A stretch of DNA of 59,880 nucleotides, from IMG/VR virus record IMGVR_UViG_3300035211_000056, positions 1 to 59,880 of that record, one strand, 5' to 3'. The DNA is from a virus. Lineage: Duplodnaviria > Caudoviricetes. Under the pieces are notes generated by a model. That model worked only from the letters and a program-made list of their open reading frames with translations, was not told the origin of the DNA and ran no database searches. A program made the translations under genes and the position numbers. Below, one piece after another: positions 48,360-56,973 of this stretch. Position 1 is the first letter of the stretch. The number at the start of each line of letters is the position of its first letter.

Positions 48360-48707
48360 TCAAGGCGGTTTTTGTTTTATATATTCAAAAAATATTTTCT
48401 TATTCCAAAAAACGGCAGATTCTAACAAAGCACAAATCTCAAGATAATCTTCAACAGACATTAATATATACTTTGAGTCTATCTCAGTATATTTAATTGT
48501 TGATTTATCCGCAGCAATAAATAGTTCTTTATCAGGTATAGGCTTATATAACTTAATGCCATCCCATCCACTTTCACCCTGTACCGGCTTTGTTGTAGAG
48601 CAACCCGAAACGATAAATAAACATGCCGTAATTATTATTAATCCGGCCATAACCGATAAACTACTTATTGATAATATCTTCAAGAATAGTAATATCCCCT
48701 GTTTCAT
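48360..48707 (-). CDS. Lipoprotein, o-spanin candidate
   Basis: Hydrophobic segment with lipobox VSGC; last gene of the lysis block. Confidence 0.45.
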   Translation of the reverse strand: MKQGILLFLKILSISSLSVMAGLIIITACLFIVSGCSTTKPVQGESGWDGIKLYKPIPDKELFIAADKSTIKYTEIDSKYILMSVEDYLEICALLESAVFWNKKIFFEYIKQKPP

Positions 48708-48861
48708 TATATTTTTTCCTTGCTTCTATTAATTTAGTTACCTTAGATTTACCGTCTGTGATGTAATAAATAAGTACCGTAAATAATGACCGGCAAATAT
48801 CTATAAATTTACCTGCACCCTCTGACTTTATGAAATCTAAAATAGCTTTTATTGTTGTCAT
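48661..48861 (-). CDS. Small lysis-block protein (i-spanin candidate)
   Basis: Overlaps the lipoprotein gene; weak hydrophobic segment. Confidence 0.3.
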   Translation of the reverse strand: MTTIKAILDFIKSEGAGKFIDICRSLFTVLIYYITDGKSKVTKLIEARKKYNETGDITILEDIINK

Positions 48862-48876
48862 TTCTTTACCTATAAA

Positions 48877-49278
48877 TTATTTTTTATCAGTAAAACCATT
48901 TATAACATGGTGAAAAGCAATAGATATTGATCCCGTACCTAAGGCCCCTGTAGCAATAATGTTTAAAAATCCAGACCAGGTAAAAGGACTAGGCAAATTC
49001 ATTATAAGTTCAACTACAGCACCAATAAACATCACAAGTAAAAATTTCCAGTTTCCGAATTTATCGAAAAATGTTTTTAATTTAGTCAACTTTAATATGC
49101 CAATGACAACCGTCATTGCGAAAGCAGTTATAATCATCCATCCCGATCCTGCGGTCGGCATTGATGCGAAAAACCAGTTTAAAAAACCTGATGTATCCTC
49201 TGGTGGCCCTGAAAAATTTGTATAACCTAAACACATTACAGGAAAAATAATCAATAAAAATAAAATAAATTTTTTCAT
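48877..49278 (-). CDS. Multi-pass membrane protein, holin candidate
   Basis: 3-4 hydrophobic helices; follows the endolysin; SD GGAGG before the ATG at 49278. Confidence 0.6.
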   Translation of the reverse strand: MKKFILFLLIIFPVMCLGYTNFSGPPEDTSGFLNWFFASMPTAGSGWMIITAFAMTVVIGILKLTKLKTFFDKFGNWKFLLVMFIGAVVELIMNLPSPFTWSGFLNIIATGALGTGSISIAFHHVINGFTDKK

Positions 49279-49300
49279 GCTAAAAACCTCCATTAAAATA

Positions 49301-49732
49301 TTAAAAACCTCCAAAAGTTTTTCTTACATTAAAATTAGGACATGTTTTTTTATCATCTAAATCACAGTGTCCACAAAGTATAAAGTCTCCGTACTTAAGC
49401 CGGAGTTCTTTTATTAAAGTCATCAAGGACCCTATCTGTTTATGAGTAAATTCATCAAGTCCTGCAAGGCAAATACTTATACTACAATCATTATAACCTA
49501 TGCAATGCGCACCTTGAACATTATCATGTCTGCCTTTTTTTATTTCTCCGGATCTTTCAATGTAGTAATGATAACCGATATCAGACCAGCCGTTGCCTCT
49601 TGTATCGTAATTTCCCCATTTAATTTCTTCCTCTGGTGATGCTGTATGTAAATGCTTGACAGCATCAAAAGATAATTGTTCTGGCTTATTAGTTGCCGAA
49701 CAATGTATTACTGCATATTTAATCTTATTCAT
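49301..49732 (-). CDS. Endolysin, T7-lysozyme-like N-acetylmuramoyl-L-alanine amidase
   Basis: IHCSAT, GWSDIGYHY, GAHC.GYN, GH.D and KTCPNF motifs. Confidence 0.92.
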   Translation of the reverse strand: MNKIKYAVIHCSATNKPEQLSFDAVKHLHTASPEEEIKWGNYDTRGNGWSDIGYHYYIERSGEIKKGRHDNVQGAHCIGYNDCSISICLAGLDEFTHKQIGSLMTLIKELRLKYGDFILCGHCDLDDKKTCPNFNVRKTFGGF

Positions 49733-49742
49733 AATTAACGTA

Positions 49743-49751
49743 ATTATAACA
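49743..49751 (-). promoter_or_regulatory. Extended -10 promoter for the endolysin, near-leaderless
   Basis: TGTTATAAT 10 nt before ATG; no SD. Confidence 0.55.
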
Positions 49752-49754
49752 CAT

Positions 49755-50024
49755 TTATTTAATAATATATACAGTAATTAATGTAATAAAAACAGCAACA
49801 AGGATACCCCATTGAATTTTTATATGACGCCAGACAGATTGTTTTTCGCATGCAGGAATTTTGTTTATTATTTTTTCAAGCTTTTCATTGTTGCTGCTTT
49901 GTATTTCATCAAGCTTGCTAAAAGTATAATCGAAGGCATCAAGCGTGTAATTATTCATAGTCGCCTGATCCTTTATCATTAACTTTTTTGTTTCATCACT
50001 CAGAAATACTTTGTCTTTTGTCAT
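49755..50024 (-). CDS. Coiled-coil protein with C-terminal TM helix (XhlA/holin-like)
   Basis: Architecture and position before the endolysin. Confidence 0.5.
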   Translation of the reverse strand: MTKDKVFLSDETKKLMIKDQATMNNYTLDAFDYTFSKLDEIQSSNNEKLEKIINKIPACEKQSVWRHIKIQWGILVAVFITLITVYIIK

Positions 50025-50033
50025 TTTAAATCC

Positions 50034-51143
50034 TTATAAAACGAAAGTTGGTTTTTCTTCAAGTTCTGCTTTACCACTAATCCAAGTTGAAGTTGCTGCT
50101 ACTTCAGCCTCAGCTAAAATATCATCAGTATTAGGATTACAATATGCGCTATTACCTTTTCCTCCTCCATACCAACAATTTATAGGTTGATAGTAAGTTG
50201 CAATATTTTTATATATAATTCCAGATGTTGTTATAGTTTGAGTTGAACTATTACTATGAGTTCCTACAATCATTTGCCATATATACCAATTTCCTGACAA
50301 AGTTTTAGTAACTTCACCAATAGCTTTAGTAGTGACCCAACTATTAGTACCAGTAACAGTTAAAGTATATTGAGGATTAGGTATATAATGATTCATCAAG
50401 ATCCAGCTAGTCCCGTCACTTACAATAGTTACGGCTTCATGATAAAAATCTAAACTAGGATTACTAACTCCGTTTATTGTTCCAGTTATTTGTGAGGCTG
50501 TATTTGTGCTTACGTTTTTGATTATTGTTATTGGTCTGTTTGTATTATTAGACGCATCCGGCAATGTTATTGCCACTCCTGCGGTATCTATTAATACAGT
50601 TCTTACCCTGTCCGTATCTGTTATTACGTAATTTGTTGATTTAGTAACGGCAAGATTGTTTTTCGATTGATCTATTATAGTTGCAAACAATGTAAAATTA
50701 GCTAATAGTATAAAACGATCATTTGATGAATCATAGCCAATTTTTACATAATCGTATTGTGTTATATCTCCGGCAGAAAGTGCATTGCCGTCTTGGTCTA
50801 CAATCGCTTTTGCCGTTAGTCCATCAACAGCAACGGTGCTTGCACCGGTATTAGTATTACCAACCTGAAATATAAATGTCTGTCCGTTCATTAATGCTGT
50901 TGCACGTTTTTGGTTTCCGGTCGGCTCTAAAACGTAAGCATCAGCAGCACCGGAATCACCCCTGAAATTACCTTTTGCTACAAGATTTGAAACGGCTTTT
51001 GATTGCTGTTCTCTGTCTGTGTCGTCAAATACAAGTTCGGCATCTTCTATTAAATTTTTCTGCTCAAGGTTAAATCCGTTAAGGTCGGCAGCGACTAAAT
51101 CAGGAGTTGTTCCGTCTACAAATACGCTATCAGTTGCACCCAA
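50034..51143 (-). CDS. Tail fibre/receptor-binding protein 2 (TTG start)
   Basis: N-terminal ~150 aa is paralogous to 55362-56306 (DLNGF.LE.NLIE, NTGAST); ITLP.A..I.K module. Confidence 0.75.
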   Translation of the reverse strand: MGATDSVFVDGTTPDLVAADLNGFNLEQKNLIEDAELVFDDTDREQQSKAVSNLVAKGNFRGDSGAADAYVLEPTGNQKRATALMNGQTFIFQVGNTNTGASTVAVDGLTAKAIVDQDGNALSAGDITQYDYVKIGYDSSNDRFILLANFTLFATIIDQSKNNLAVTKSTNYVITDTDRVRTVLIDTAGVAITLPDASNNTNRPITIIKNVSTNTASQITGTINGVSNPSLDFYHEAVTIVSDGTSWILMNHYIPNPQYTLTVTGTNSWVTTKAIGEVTKTLSGNWYIWQMIVGTHSNSSTQTITTSGIIYKNIATYYQPINCWYGGGKGNSAYCNPNTDDILAEAEVAATSTWISGKAELEEKPTFVL

Positions 51144-51168
51144 ATTAATATACCTCTTTTAATATATT

Positions 51169-51192
51169 ACTCGGGATATTTTAATTATAGCA
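51169..51192 (-). promoter_or_regulatory. Extended -10 promoter with +1 motif ATCCCGAGT (fibre/lysis operon)
   Basis: Minus strand reads TGCTATAAT-TAAAAT-ATCCCGAGT. Confidence 0.65.
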
Positions 51193-51199
51193 TAAAATA

Positions 51200-51559
51200 T
51201 TATTTTTCAGTTTTATTTTCTGGATTTTGTACCGGTTTAATGTGCTTTTTATTTCTTACTTCTTTTTTAAGCTCATTAAATACATCAAAATCATGCCCAA
51301 ATTCAATGATGCCTTGTTCAAGTCCGATTACTATTCGTTTCCGGTTCCCTTGTCCATAAAGGGTTAATTCGATTGCCCTTAATGATTCCCATTCAGCGAC
51401 TATTGGTTGTCCTTGTTCGTTTGCTAATATCTGCCCTTGATTATTCATTAAAAAACGTCTTGGAGATTTCAAATAGGAATGCTCAGCAACTTTATATTCA
51501 ATAGGTTCAGCCCCATTAATAGGTATAAAAGTTACCGTATAATAATCCGGAATTTTCAT
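51200..51559 (-). CDS. Hypothetical protein
   Basis: Start moved to 51559 because a terminator and a TGGTATATT promoter (51610-51602) lie in the longer track ORF. Confidence 0.55.
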   Translation of the reverse strand: MKIPDYYTVTFIPINGAEPIEYKVAEHSYLKSPRRFLMNNQGQILANEQGQPIVAEWESLRAIELTLYGQGNRKRIVIGLEQGIIEFGHDFDVFNELKKEVRNKKHIKPVQNPENKTEK

Positions 51560-51617
51560 ATTTTCTTTTTTAAGAATTACAGGAGATACGCTCATACATA
51601 TAATATACCACAAATTT

Positions 51618-51694
51618 AAAAAAATAAAAGGGCGGTCATCCATAGCCACCCCAAATTAAGGAGAAATGCAAAAATAAAGAAACAAGCAATGCAT
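51618..51694 (-). ncRNA. Putative ~75-nt anti-SD small RNA
   Basis: Promoter TGGTATAAT (51707-51699); body GCAUUGCUUGUUUC..AUUUCUCCUU; terminator GGGUGG..CCGCCC followed by UUUUAUUUUUUU. Confidence 0.6.
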
Positions 51695-51798
51695 ATATAT
51701 TATACCACAATCAATTTTTAAGAAAATATTAATTTATTAAATATCCTAACTTGTTGATATTATTGTAATAAAAATGTTGCAAATATGTTATTTTTTTG

Positions 51799-51827
51799 TT
51801 GCAAATATATACGGGGTGTGTTACAAT
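51799..51827 (+). promoter_or_regulatory. Sigma70-type early promoter
   Basis: TTGCAA-17 nt-TACAAT with TG extension. Confidence 0.7.
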
Positions 51828-51860
51828 GTATATATCAGGTCGAAAAAAGGAGAAAAAAAG

Positions 51861-52707
51861 ATGAATCTAAGAATAGCACATAAAACAAAAAGGATTGAAG
51901 ATTTACAAATTGATACTACTGACAACCTATACCAAGTGGACAAGAATTATTTTGTAGAAACAATAAAACAAAACGATTACCCAACTGGCAGATACATAGC
52001 TTATTTTGACAATGAGTCTGTTGAGTTTGAAGTAAAGGAGGGATGAAGATGATTATTGAAATTAACGAAAAAACACTAGTTGTAAAAGCCAACACAGAAA
52101 GTAAACACTGGCAAATAGCAAAGAATGCTTATGCTGGATTGTTACTGCAAGAAGTACACCGATTAATAAATGAAAAAATTTACCGACAGCAAAAAATAGA
52201 TATGGATATCAAAGAAAAAATCAGAAAAAACAATAACAAAGCATTTTTTGAGGTCGCTTAATTCCCTGAGCCTAGCCGGTACTGCCGGCCTGGTTGAGCG
52301 AATTAATAAAAGGAGAAAAAAGATGAAAAAGCAATGCAAAGTATGCGGCAAGACTGTCGATACAAAAACAGCAAAGTTTATTGGCGTACAAGAAGGATAT
52401 GGTTATGATCTTTATCTATATAACTGCACTTGCAATGGTACTGTATCTTTTAAAATTATGCACAAGAACAACAAAACAGAGGTGTTTTATGCTAGATAAA
52501 AAGATAAAAATAGTAAACGATTTATTAGAGTCATGTAACGAATCAATTGAATTTTTAAATGAGAGAAAAGAAATTATAGAAGATGCATTAACAAGCATTA
52601 AAAATCATGATCGTGAATTGACGCTTTTAAAATTAAATAAAATAAAAAACAACTTAGATATTCTTGAAAAAGAAATTCAAAAATCGCTCAGTTGTTACAA
52701 GGGGTGA
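51861..52707 (+). other. Four small early ORFs (51861-52046, 52043-52261, zinc finger 52323-52499, coiled coil 52489-52707)
   Basis: Starts chosen from SD sequences; CKVC..CTC in the third. Confidence 0.55.
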
Positions 52708-52714
52708 CAAATAA

Positions 52715-53074
52715 ATGCGTATGTGGATGGTAAATCCTGAGATATTATGCAATGTACATCTCGGTGGAGAATATTGCGAATTTTATAAGCATAGATGGAC
52801 ATTTGAACGCAAATTTAGAAAAGATGGATATATTAAAAATAATTGCTTAGAACCTAAATCAATGCAAGCCAGGCATGACGAATTAGTTATTGAACGCAGG
52901 AAAAGAGGTTTAAAAGCAAAGGGCACATTTATAGCACCTGATATTTCTTATTTACCGGAATGGCAACAGAATTATAAAGTAGATGTAAAGAAAAACTTAA
53001 AGAAATTACTAGCCAGGTGTGAAAAATGCAGGGAACGATATAATTTGATAATTATTAAAGGAGGTAAATCTTGA
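52715..53074 (+). CDS. Pyrimidine-dimer DNA glycosylase (T4 endonuclease V-like)
   Basis: MRMWMVNP..LC..HL.GE..E and RH.EL..E...RG motifs. Confidence 0.8.
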   Translation: MRMWMVNPEILCNVHLGGEYCEFYKHRWTFERKFRKDGYIKNNCLEPKSMQARHDELVIERRKRGLKAKGTFIAPDISYLPEWQQNYKVDVKKNLKKLLARCEKCRERYNLIIIKGGKS

Positions 53075-53262
53075 TGAAAGTTGAAGACATGGAAAAGGCA
53101 AACAATCTCATTAAAGAAATTCAGAAGCTTGAGAAAGAGATTGAAGCTATTAAGACACGTAAGTTTAAAAAGATTCAAGCCGTTGAAGACAATTTTGCTG
53201 AAAAACTTGCAGAAAAACAAGAACTACTTGAACAGAAAAAGAAAGAATTTGAGGAAATGTAA
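53074..53262 (+). CDS. Small coiled-coil protein
   Basis: SD GGAGGT; heptad pattern. Confidence 0.55.
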   Translation: MKVEDMEKANNLIKEIQKLEKEIEAIKTRKFKKIQAVEDNFAEKLAEKQELLEQKKKEFEEM

Positions 53263-53332
53263 ACGTAACGTAGACCGGGCGGTCTGGGATGGCAGGCCGC
53301 CAATTTAAAAAGGAGGAAAGCCATAATGGATA

Positions 53333-53360
53333 ACGTCGTAGAATTAATCTTATGTAAAGT
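53333..53360 (+). other. dif-like Xer site 1: ACGTCGTAGAA-TTAATC-TTATGTAAAGT
   Basis: 11-6-11 architecture; arms match the B. subtilis dif as I recall it (ACTTCCTAGAA / TTATGTAAACT) at 9/11 and 10/11. Confidence 0.7.
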
Positions 53361-53370
53361 AATAAGAAAA

Positions 53371-53409
53371 ATTAAGTATTTTTTACACATAAACATTAAG
53401 TATTTTTTA
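53371..53409. repeat. 15-bp direct repeat ATTAAGTATTTTTTA
   Basis: Copies at 53371-53385 and 53395-53409. Confidence 0.75.
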
Positions 53410-53445
53410 TATAATTCCGATAATTCATTCATGGCAAATTTTATC

Positions 53446-53952
53446 ATGAAGAAATTATTTTTAATGTTAGTTTTAGTTATCGTTGGGGTTGGGTGCGGAA
53501 AAGATCCTGTTCAGGTAATTAAGGAATGCGAGATTGATGAAGCTTTTAAATCTCATGCTGAACTGTTTTATAGTTACTCTTATAAACAAGATTGTGTACC
53601 TATTAAATTTACAGAAGGATTAAGTCAAGGAACAAATGAAGTCAGGGGAATATGTGATTATGAAAACAAGATTGTAGAGATTAATCCTGATCTTTACAAT
53701 GAGGCATCTGAACTTAGACAAGAAATGATAATTTTGCATGAACTAGGTCATTGTGTCTTAAACCTTATGCATAATAATACAACTATTTATTTCAGAGATG
53801 AAAATAATGAGTTGATAGTCACTGGAATAAGCTTAATGCATGAGTCATTATTTATTGATGAAAGATACTATGAAAAAAACAAAGACAAATATTTATCTGA
53901 GTTTTCTACACCTAAAAAAAGAGAAGACGGAGTAATTGAATTTTCATTATAG
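53446..53952 (+). CDS. Lipoprotein zinc metallopeptidase
   Basis: Signal MKKLFLMLVLVIVGVGC; HELGHC.L.L.H and S.M Met-turn. The frame also opens at 53326. Confidence 0.75.
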   Translation: MKKLFLMLVLVIVGVGCGKDPVQVIKECEIDEAFKSHAELFYSYSYKQDCVPIKFTEGLSQGTNEVRGICDYENKIVEINPDLYNEASELRQEMIILHELGHCVLNLMHNNTTIYFRDENNELIVTGISLMHESLFIDERYYEKNKDKYLSEFSTPKKREDGVIEFSL

Positions 53953-53971
53953 ATAAAGGAAAGGAGTTTTT

Positions 53972-54364
53972 ATGAACAAAAATTTATTAATCAAGATTTT
54001 TTTCAGTGTGTCTATGTTGTTTTTTGTTTTTATGATTTCTTTTGCCGTAATGACAGAAAAAAAGAATAACACAATAAAACAAAAGAAAGAAATTAAACAT
54101 TATTCAGACACAGTTAACGAAGGATATTTTGCGTGTCTGTTAGAAACAGATTATGATACTATTCTTACTTTTTCAGCAAACAAGGATAAGAGAGGTATAA
54201 AATCAATGCTAAAGTCAGGTGTTTGTATAATAACAAAAGGTGGTTTAAATTATTCTATAATAGATTCTGGTATCTTTACATATAAAATAAGAATATATAC
54301 TAATACAGGTGAATATTTAGATTTTTGGGTTCCTTTTGAGGCTATCAAAAACAATAAAAATTAA
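53972..54364 (+). CDS. Membrane-anchored/exported protein
   Basis: N-terminal hydrophobic helix; two Cys; ends WVP.EAI. Confidence 0.6.
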   Translation: MNKNLLIKIFFSVSMLFFVFMISFAVMTEKKNNTIKQKKEIKHYSDTVNEGYFACLLETDYDTILTFSANKDKRGIKSMLKSGVCIITKGGLNYSIIDSGIFTYKIRIYTNTGEYLDFWVPFEAIKNNKN

Positions 54365-54375
54365 CTAATTAACAT

Positions 54376-54406
54376 GGCCCGGCTATCTGTCGGGTCTTCC
54401 TTTTTT
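54376..54406 (+). terminator. Intrinsic terminator
   Basis: Stem GGCCCGGC/GTCGGGTC followed by TTCCTTTTTT. Confidence 0.65.
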
Positions 54407-54521
54407 ATAATGACAATTTTTTTCTTGTAGAGTAATGTTTCTATATGTCCAGTTTAAATAAAGAAACGAGACCAGAACCTACACCTAACGACAACGGTGA
54501 CAACACAGGAACAAAAGGACG

Positions 54522-55037
54522 CTAGATTATAAGCATTATTATCATCAAAATAAATGATATTATAAAACCAACAAAAATACTATTAAGTGCCCTATTTATA
54601 TTTAAACCTATCTTGGCATTAGTTTTTAAATTATTACTTATGCGTTCGTCATATGATAATAATTCACATTCTATCATATATAAAAAATCGTGTTTATTTT
54701 CATCTTTTCTGTTTAATAATATTTTTGTAGGACTATTACCGACATGATGGAAACTACCTGTTTTTGTAGCTTTTAACAAAAAGAAAAAACCTATTAAAAA
54801 ACTAGTAAGTAAGATGAAAGCTATTAATTTTTGTAATATATCAACCGATTCGTTCATGAATATAAAAGAACTTAACCCACCTATAAAAAGAATAAATATA
54901 TTAAATAATGATGATGCTTTTTTGAATAATCCATCACAAAAATCTGATGTTTGATTTAATCTTAATCTAGCCTCACCAAAAGCAAACATTGCATCTTTTT
55001 CGTCTATTGATTTCCAGTCTATTTTTTTATTTTCCAT
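54522..55037 (-). CDS. Three-TM membrane protein
   Basis: Two N-proximal TM helices, a soluble loop and a C-terminal TM helix. Confidence 0.6.
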   Translation of the reverse strand: MENKKIDWKSIDEKDAMFAFGEARLRLNQTSDFCDGLFKKASSLFNIFILFIGGLSSFIFMNESVDILQKLIAFILLTSFLIGFFFLLKATKTGSFHHVGNSPTKILLNRKDENKHDFLYMIECELLSYDERISNNLKTNAKIGLNINRALNSIFVGFIISFILMIIMLII

Positions 55038-55166
55038 AACTCACCATTATTATATATAGTTTTTTCAATTTATACATATAAAAGTTATTTTAATAATTTT
55101 TTGTATAGTGTTTTTGTTTGATTTGTTTTTATCATTTTATCGACGCTGTGCCCTACCCTTTTTATA

Positions 55167-55194
55167 CAGTCTCGTAATTAATCTTATGTAAAGT
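55167..55194 (+). other. dif-like Xer site 2: CAGTCTCGTAA-TTAATC-TTATGTAAAGT
   Basis: Shares 21 bp AATTAATCTTATGTAAAGTAA (55176-55196) with 53342-53362, same orientation. Confidence 0.6.
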
Positions 55195-55361
55195 AAAGTT
55201 TTATTATAAACATATTAATAACTTATAATACATAAAGTAACTTGTAAACTATTAACTCAAATTTGTAATAAACAGCTTAAAGTTTATGCAAAAACATAAA
55301 GTAAAATATTATGTTTACGATGTAAGTAATTAATATAACACAAGCACCTTGTATAATATAA

Positions 55362-56306
55362 TTACTTGATTCTAATTATGAAACGACAAGGTATACTCCT
55401 TGGCTGTATGCTCTGTGTTGTTGATAACTGATTGTCTGTACCAGGTGTCGCACCAGTTGATGTATCAGAAAAAGTATGTGTATGTACAGTACAAACAGAA
55501 ACACCGCCTGATGAAGTAACTAAAACCGATGCTTCACCCGAACTTGTTGTGCCAGATACATCATGGGTATGACTATCAACAGTATGACTATGCTCCAAGT
55601 CAACCGTATGCCCTGCGTTACCGACCGGACTAACAGACCATAACGCAGTATCAATATCTTCCCCTCCGTCAGTACCGAATCCTACTAAGTACCGCCCGGA
55701 TAAATCAGTTAACGTTTCACCGTTTAGTGGACTATCAGAATCACTTAATACTGAACCATCCATGTAAGCCCAGTAGTTAGAATCAAAAGCAACCGCATCA
55801 TTATAATCCATAAATGGAATTACCGTACCGACTGGCACTACAAGAGATAACAAAGAACCTCTATTTACAAGCCGCCACTCATCTGACCCAGATATATAAA
55901 TTATAGTTACGATTTCACCAGCTACTAACTCACTACCTACAAGAGCCGATCCGTCCCAATTTTTTAAATTCTTAGCACCCAACGAATTAACATTTACCGT
56001 ACTTGCTCCGGTATTTGTAGCAGGTACTACAAACCTTATTTGCGCTCCGTTTATAAGTGACGGTATACCGTAAAAATCACCCACAGGATTAGCAGCATAC
56101 GTATTAGCAGAGCCAGAGCCAGTATAGAAATTACCAACAGAAGAATACGCAGAAACCGCCTCGCCTGTCTGGTCATGGTCTTCGTCATCTAATGTCATTC
56201 CCACACTTTCAATTAAATTATTGTTCTCTAACTTAAAACCGTTTAAATCTTCTGCCGCACAAGTCGGAGTCTCTCCGTTTACCCATTCTTTTTCTGAACC
56301 TGCCAT
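55362..56306 (-). CDS. Tail fibre protein 1 with collar-like domain
   Basis: After gp48; VPVGTVIPF..DG..DL.GR collar, HSH/HTH motifs and an IQP....FIIRIK end. Confidence 0.8.
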   Translation of the reverse strand: MAGSEKEWVNGETPTCAAEDLNGFKLENNNLIESVGMTLDDEDHDQTGEAVSAYSSVGNFYTGSGSANTYAANPVGDFYGIPSLINGAQIRFVVPATNTGASTVNVNSLGAKNLKNWDGSALVGSELVAGEIVTIIYISGSDEWRLVNRGSLLSLVVPVGTVIPFMDYNDAVAFDSNYWAYMDGSVLSDSDSPLNGETLTDLSGRYLVGFGTDGGEDIDTALWSVSPVGNAGHTVDLEHSHTVDSHTHDVSGTTSSGEASVLVTSSGGVSVCTVHTHTFSDTSTGATPGTDNQLSTTQSIQPRSIPCRFIIRIK

Positions 56307-56326
56307 ATTTTTAATCCTCCATTAAT

Positions 56327-56932
56327 TTACATACTATGCGGAATACTGTACGGCAAATGCTCGTCGTAAACCACGCTTGTATCTATTTCTAAAACACCGA
56401 CATTAATCGGTAGTAATTTAGTAAAAAAATCAATTATCCCTGCAATATCTGTATCGCTATAATCAGCCTCTATTGCTACCATGAATTTTGATGTCAATGC
56501 ACTTTGTGGAATAAACGGAACGTCATACGGAGGGAATCTATAATTTTCCATATTATAAAACGTAACATCAAAATCAAGTCTGTCTGCAATGTCCTGAAAT
56601 TCATCTATTCCGATTAAATTTAATCCTGATTTTTTAAGTAAGATATTATTACGTCTTTCTGCCAGTGTTCCGGCAATATCAATTGTTTCATCAGGTAAAC
56701 CAAATTCAGACTCCCATCGTGTGATCAATGTTTCTGTTGTTTCAACTCCAAGTTCATCAATTACTTTTGACCAGTCTGATTCTATCAAGACAAAATACAT
56801 TGCAACAGCTTTCCACCATTTATAATGATTTGTAGTGCTATCGTATTTATCCTTCATGAGATAACCACGAGGCATTAAATCAAGAAATTTTCTTGCGTGC
56901 TGGTCTGCGTTATGTTTCTGTCCTGTACTCAT
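56327..56932 (-). CDS. Mu gp48/YmfQ-like baseplate wedge protein
   Basis: L.P.G and LI.RWE..FGLPD......TL.ERR motifs. Confidence 0.85.
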   Translation of the reverse strand: MSTGQKHNADQHARKFLDLMPRGYLMKDKYDSTTNHYKWWKAVAMYFVLIESDWSKVIDELGVETTETLITRWESEFGLPDETIDIAGTLAERRNNILLKKSGLNLIGIDEFQDIADRLDFDVTFYNMENYRFPPYDVPFIPQSALTSKFMVAIEADYSDTDIAGIIDFFTKLLPINVGVLEIDTSVVYDEHLPYSIPHSM

Positions 56933-56973
56933 ATATTAAATAACCTCATTTATAAAACAACCTCATATATAAA

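Noticed and set aside
51560-51649. N-terminal extension of ORF 51200-51649
   Set aside because: It overlaps an intrinsic terminator and a promoter-like sequence.
55292-55319. Third dif-like site around TTATGTTTACG
   Set aside because: The inverted AAACATAA arm is spaced by 9 rather than 6 nt and the left arm does not fit.
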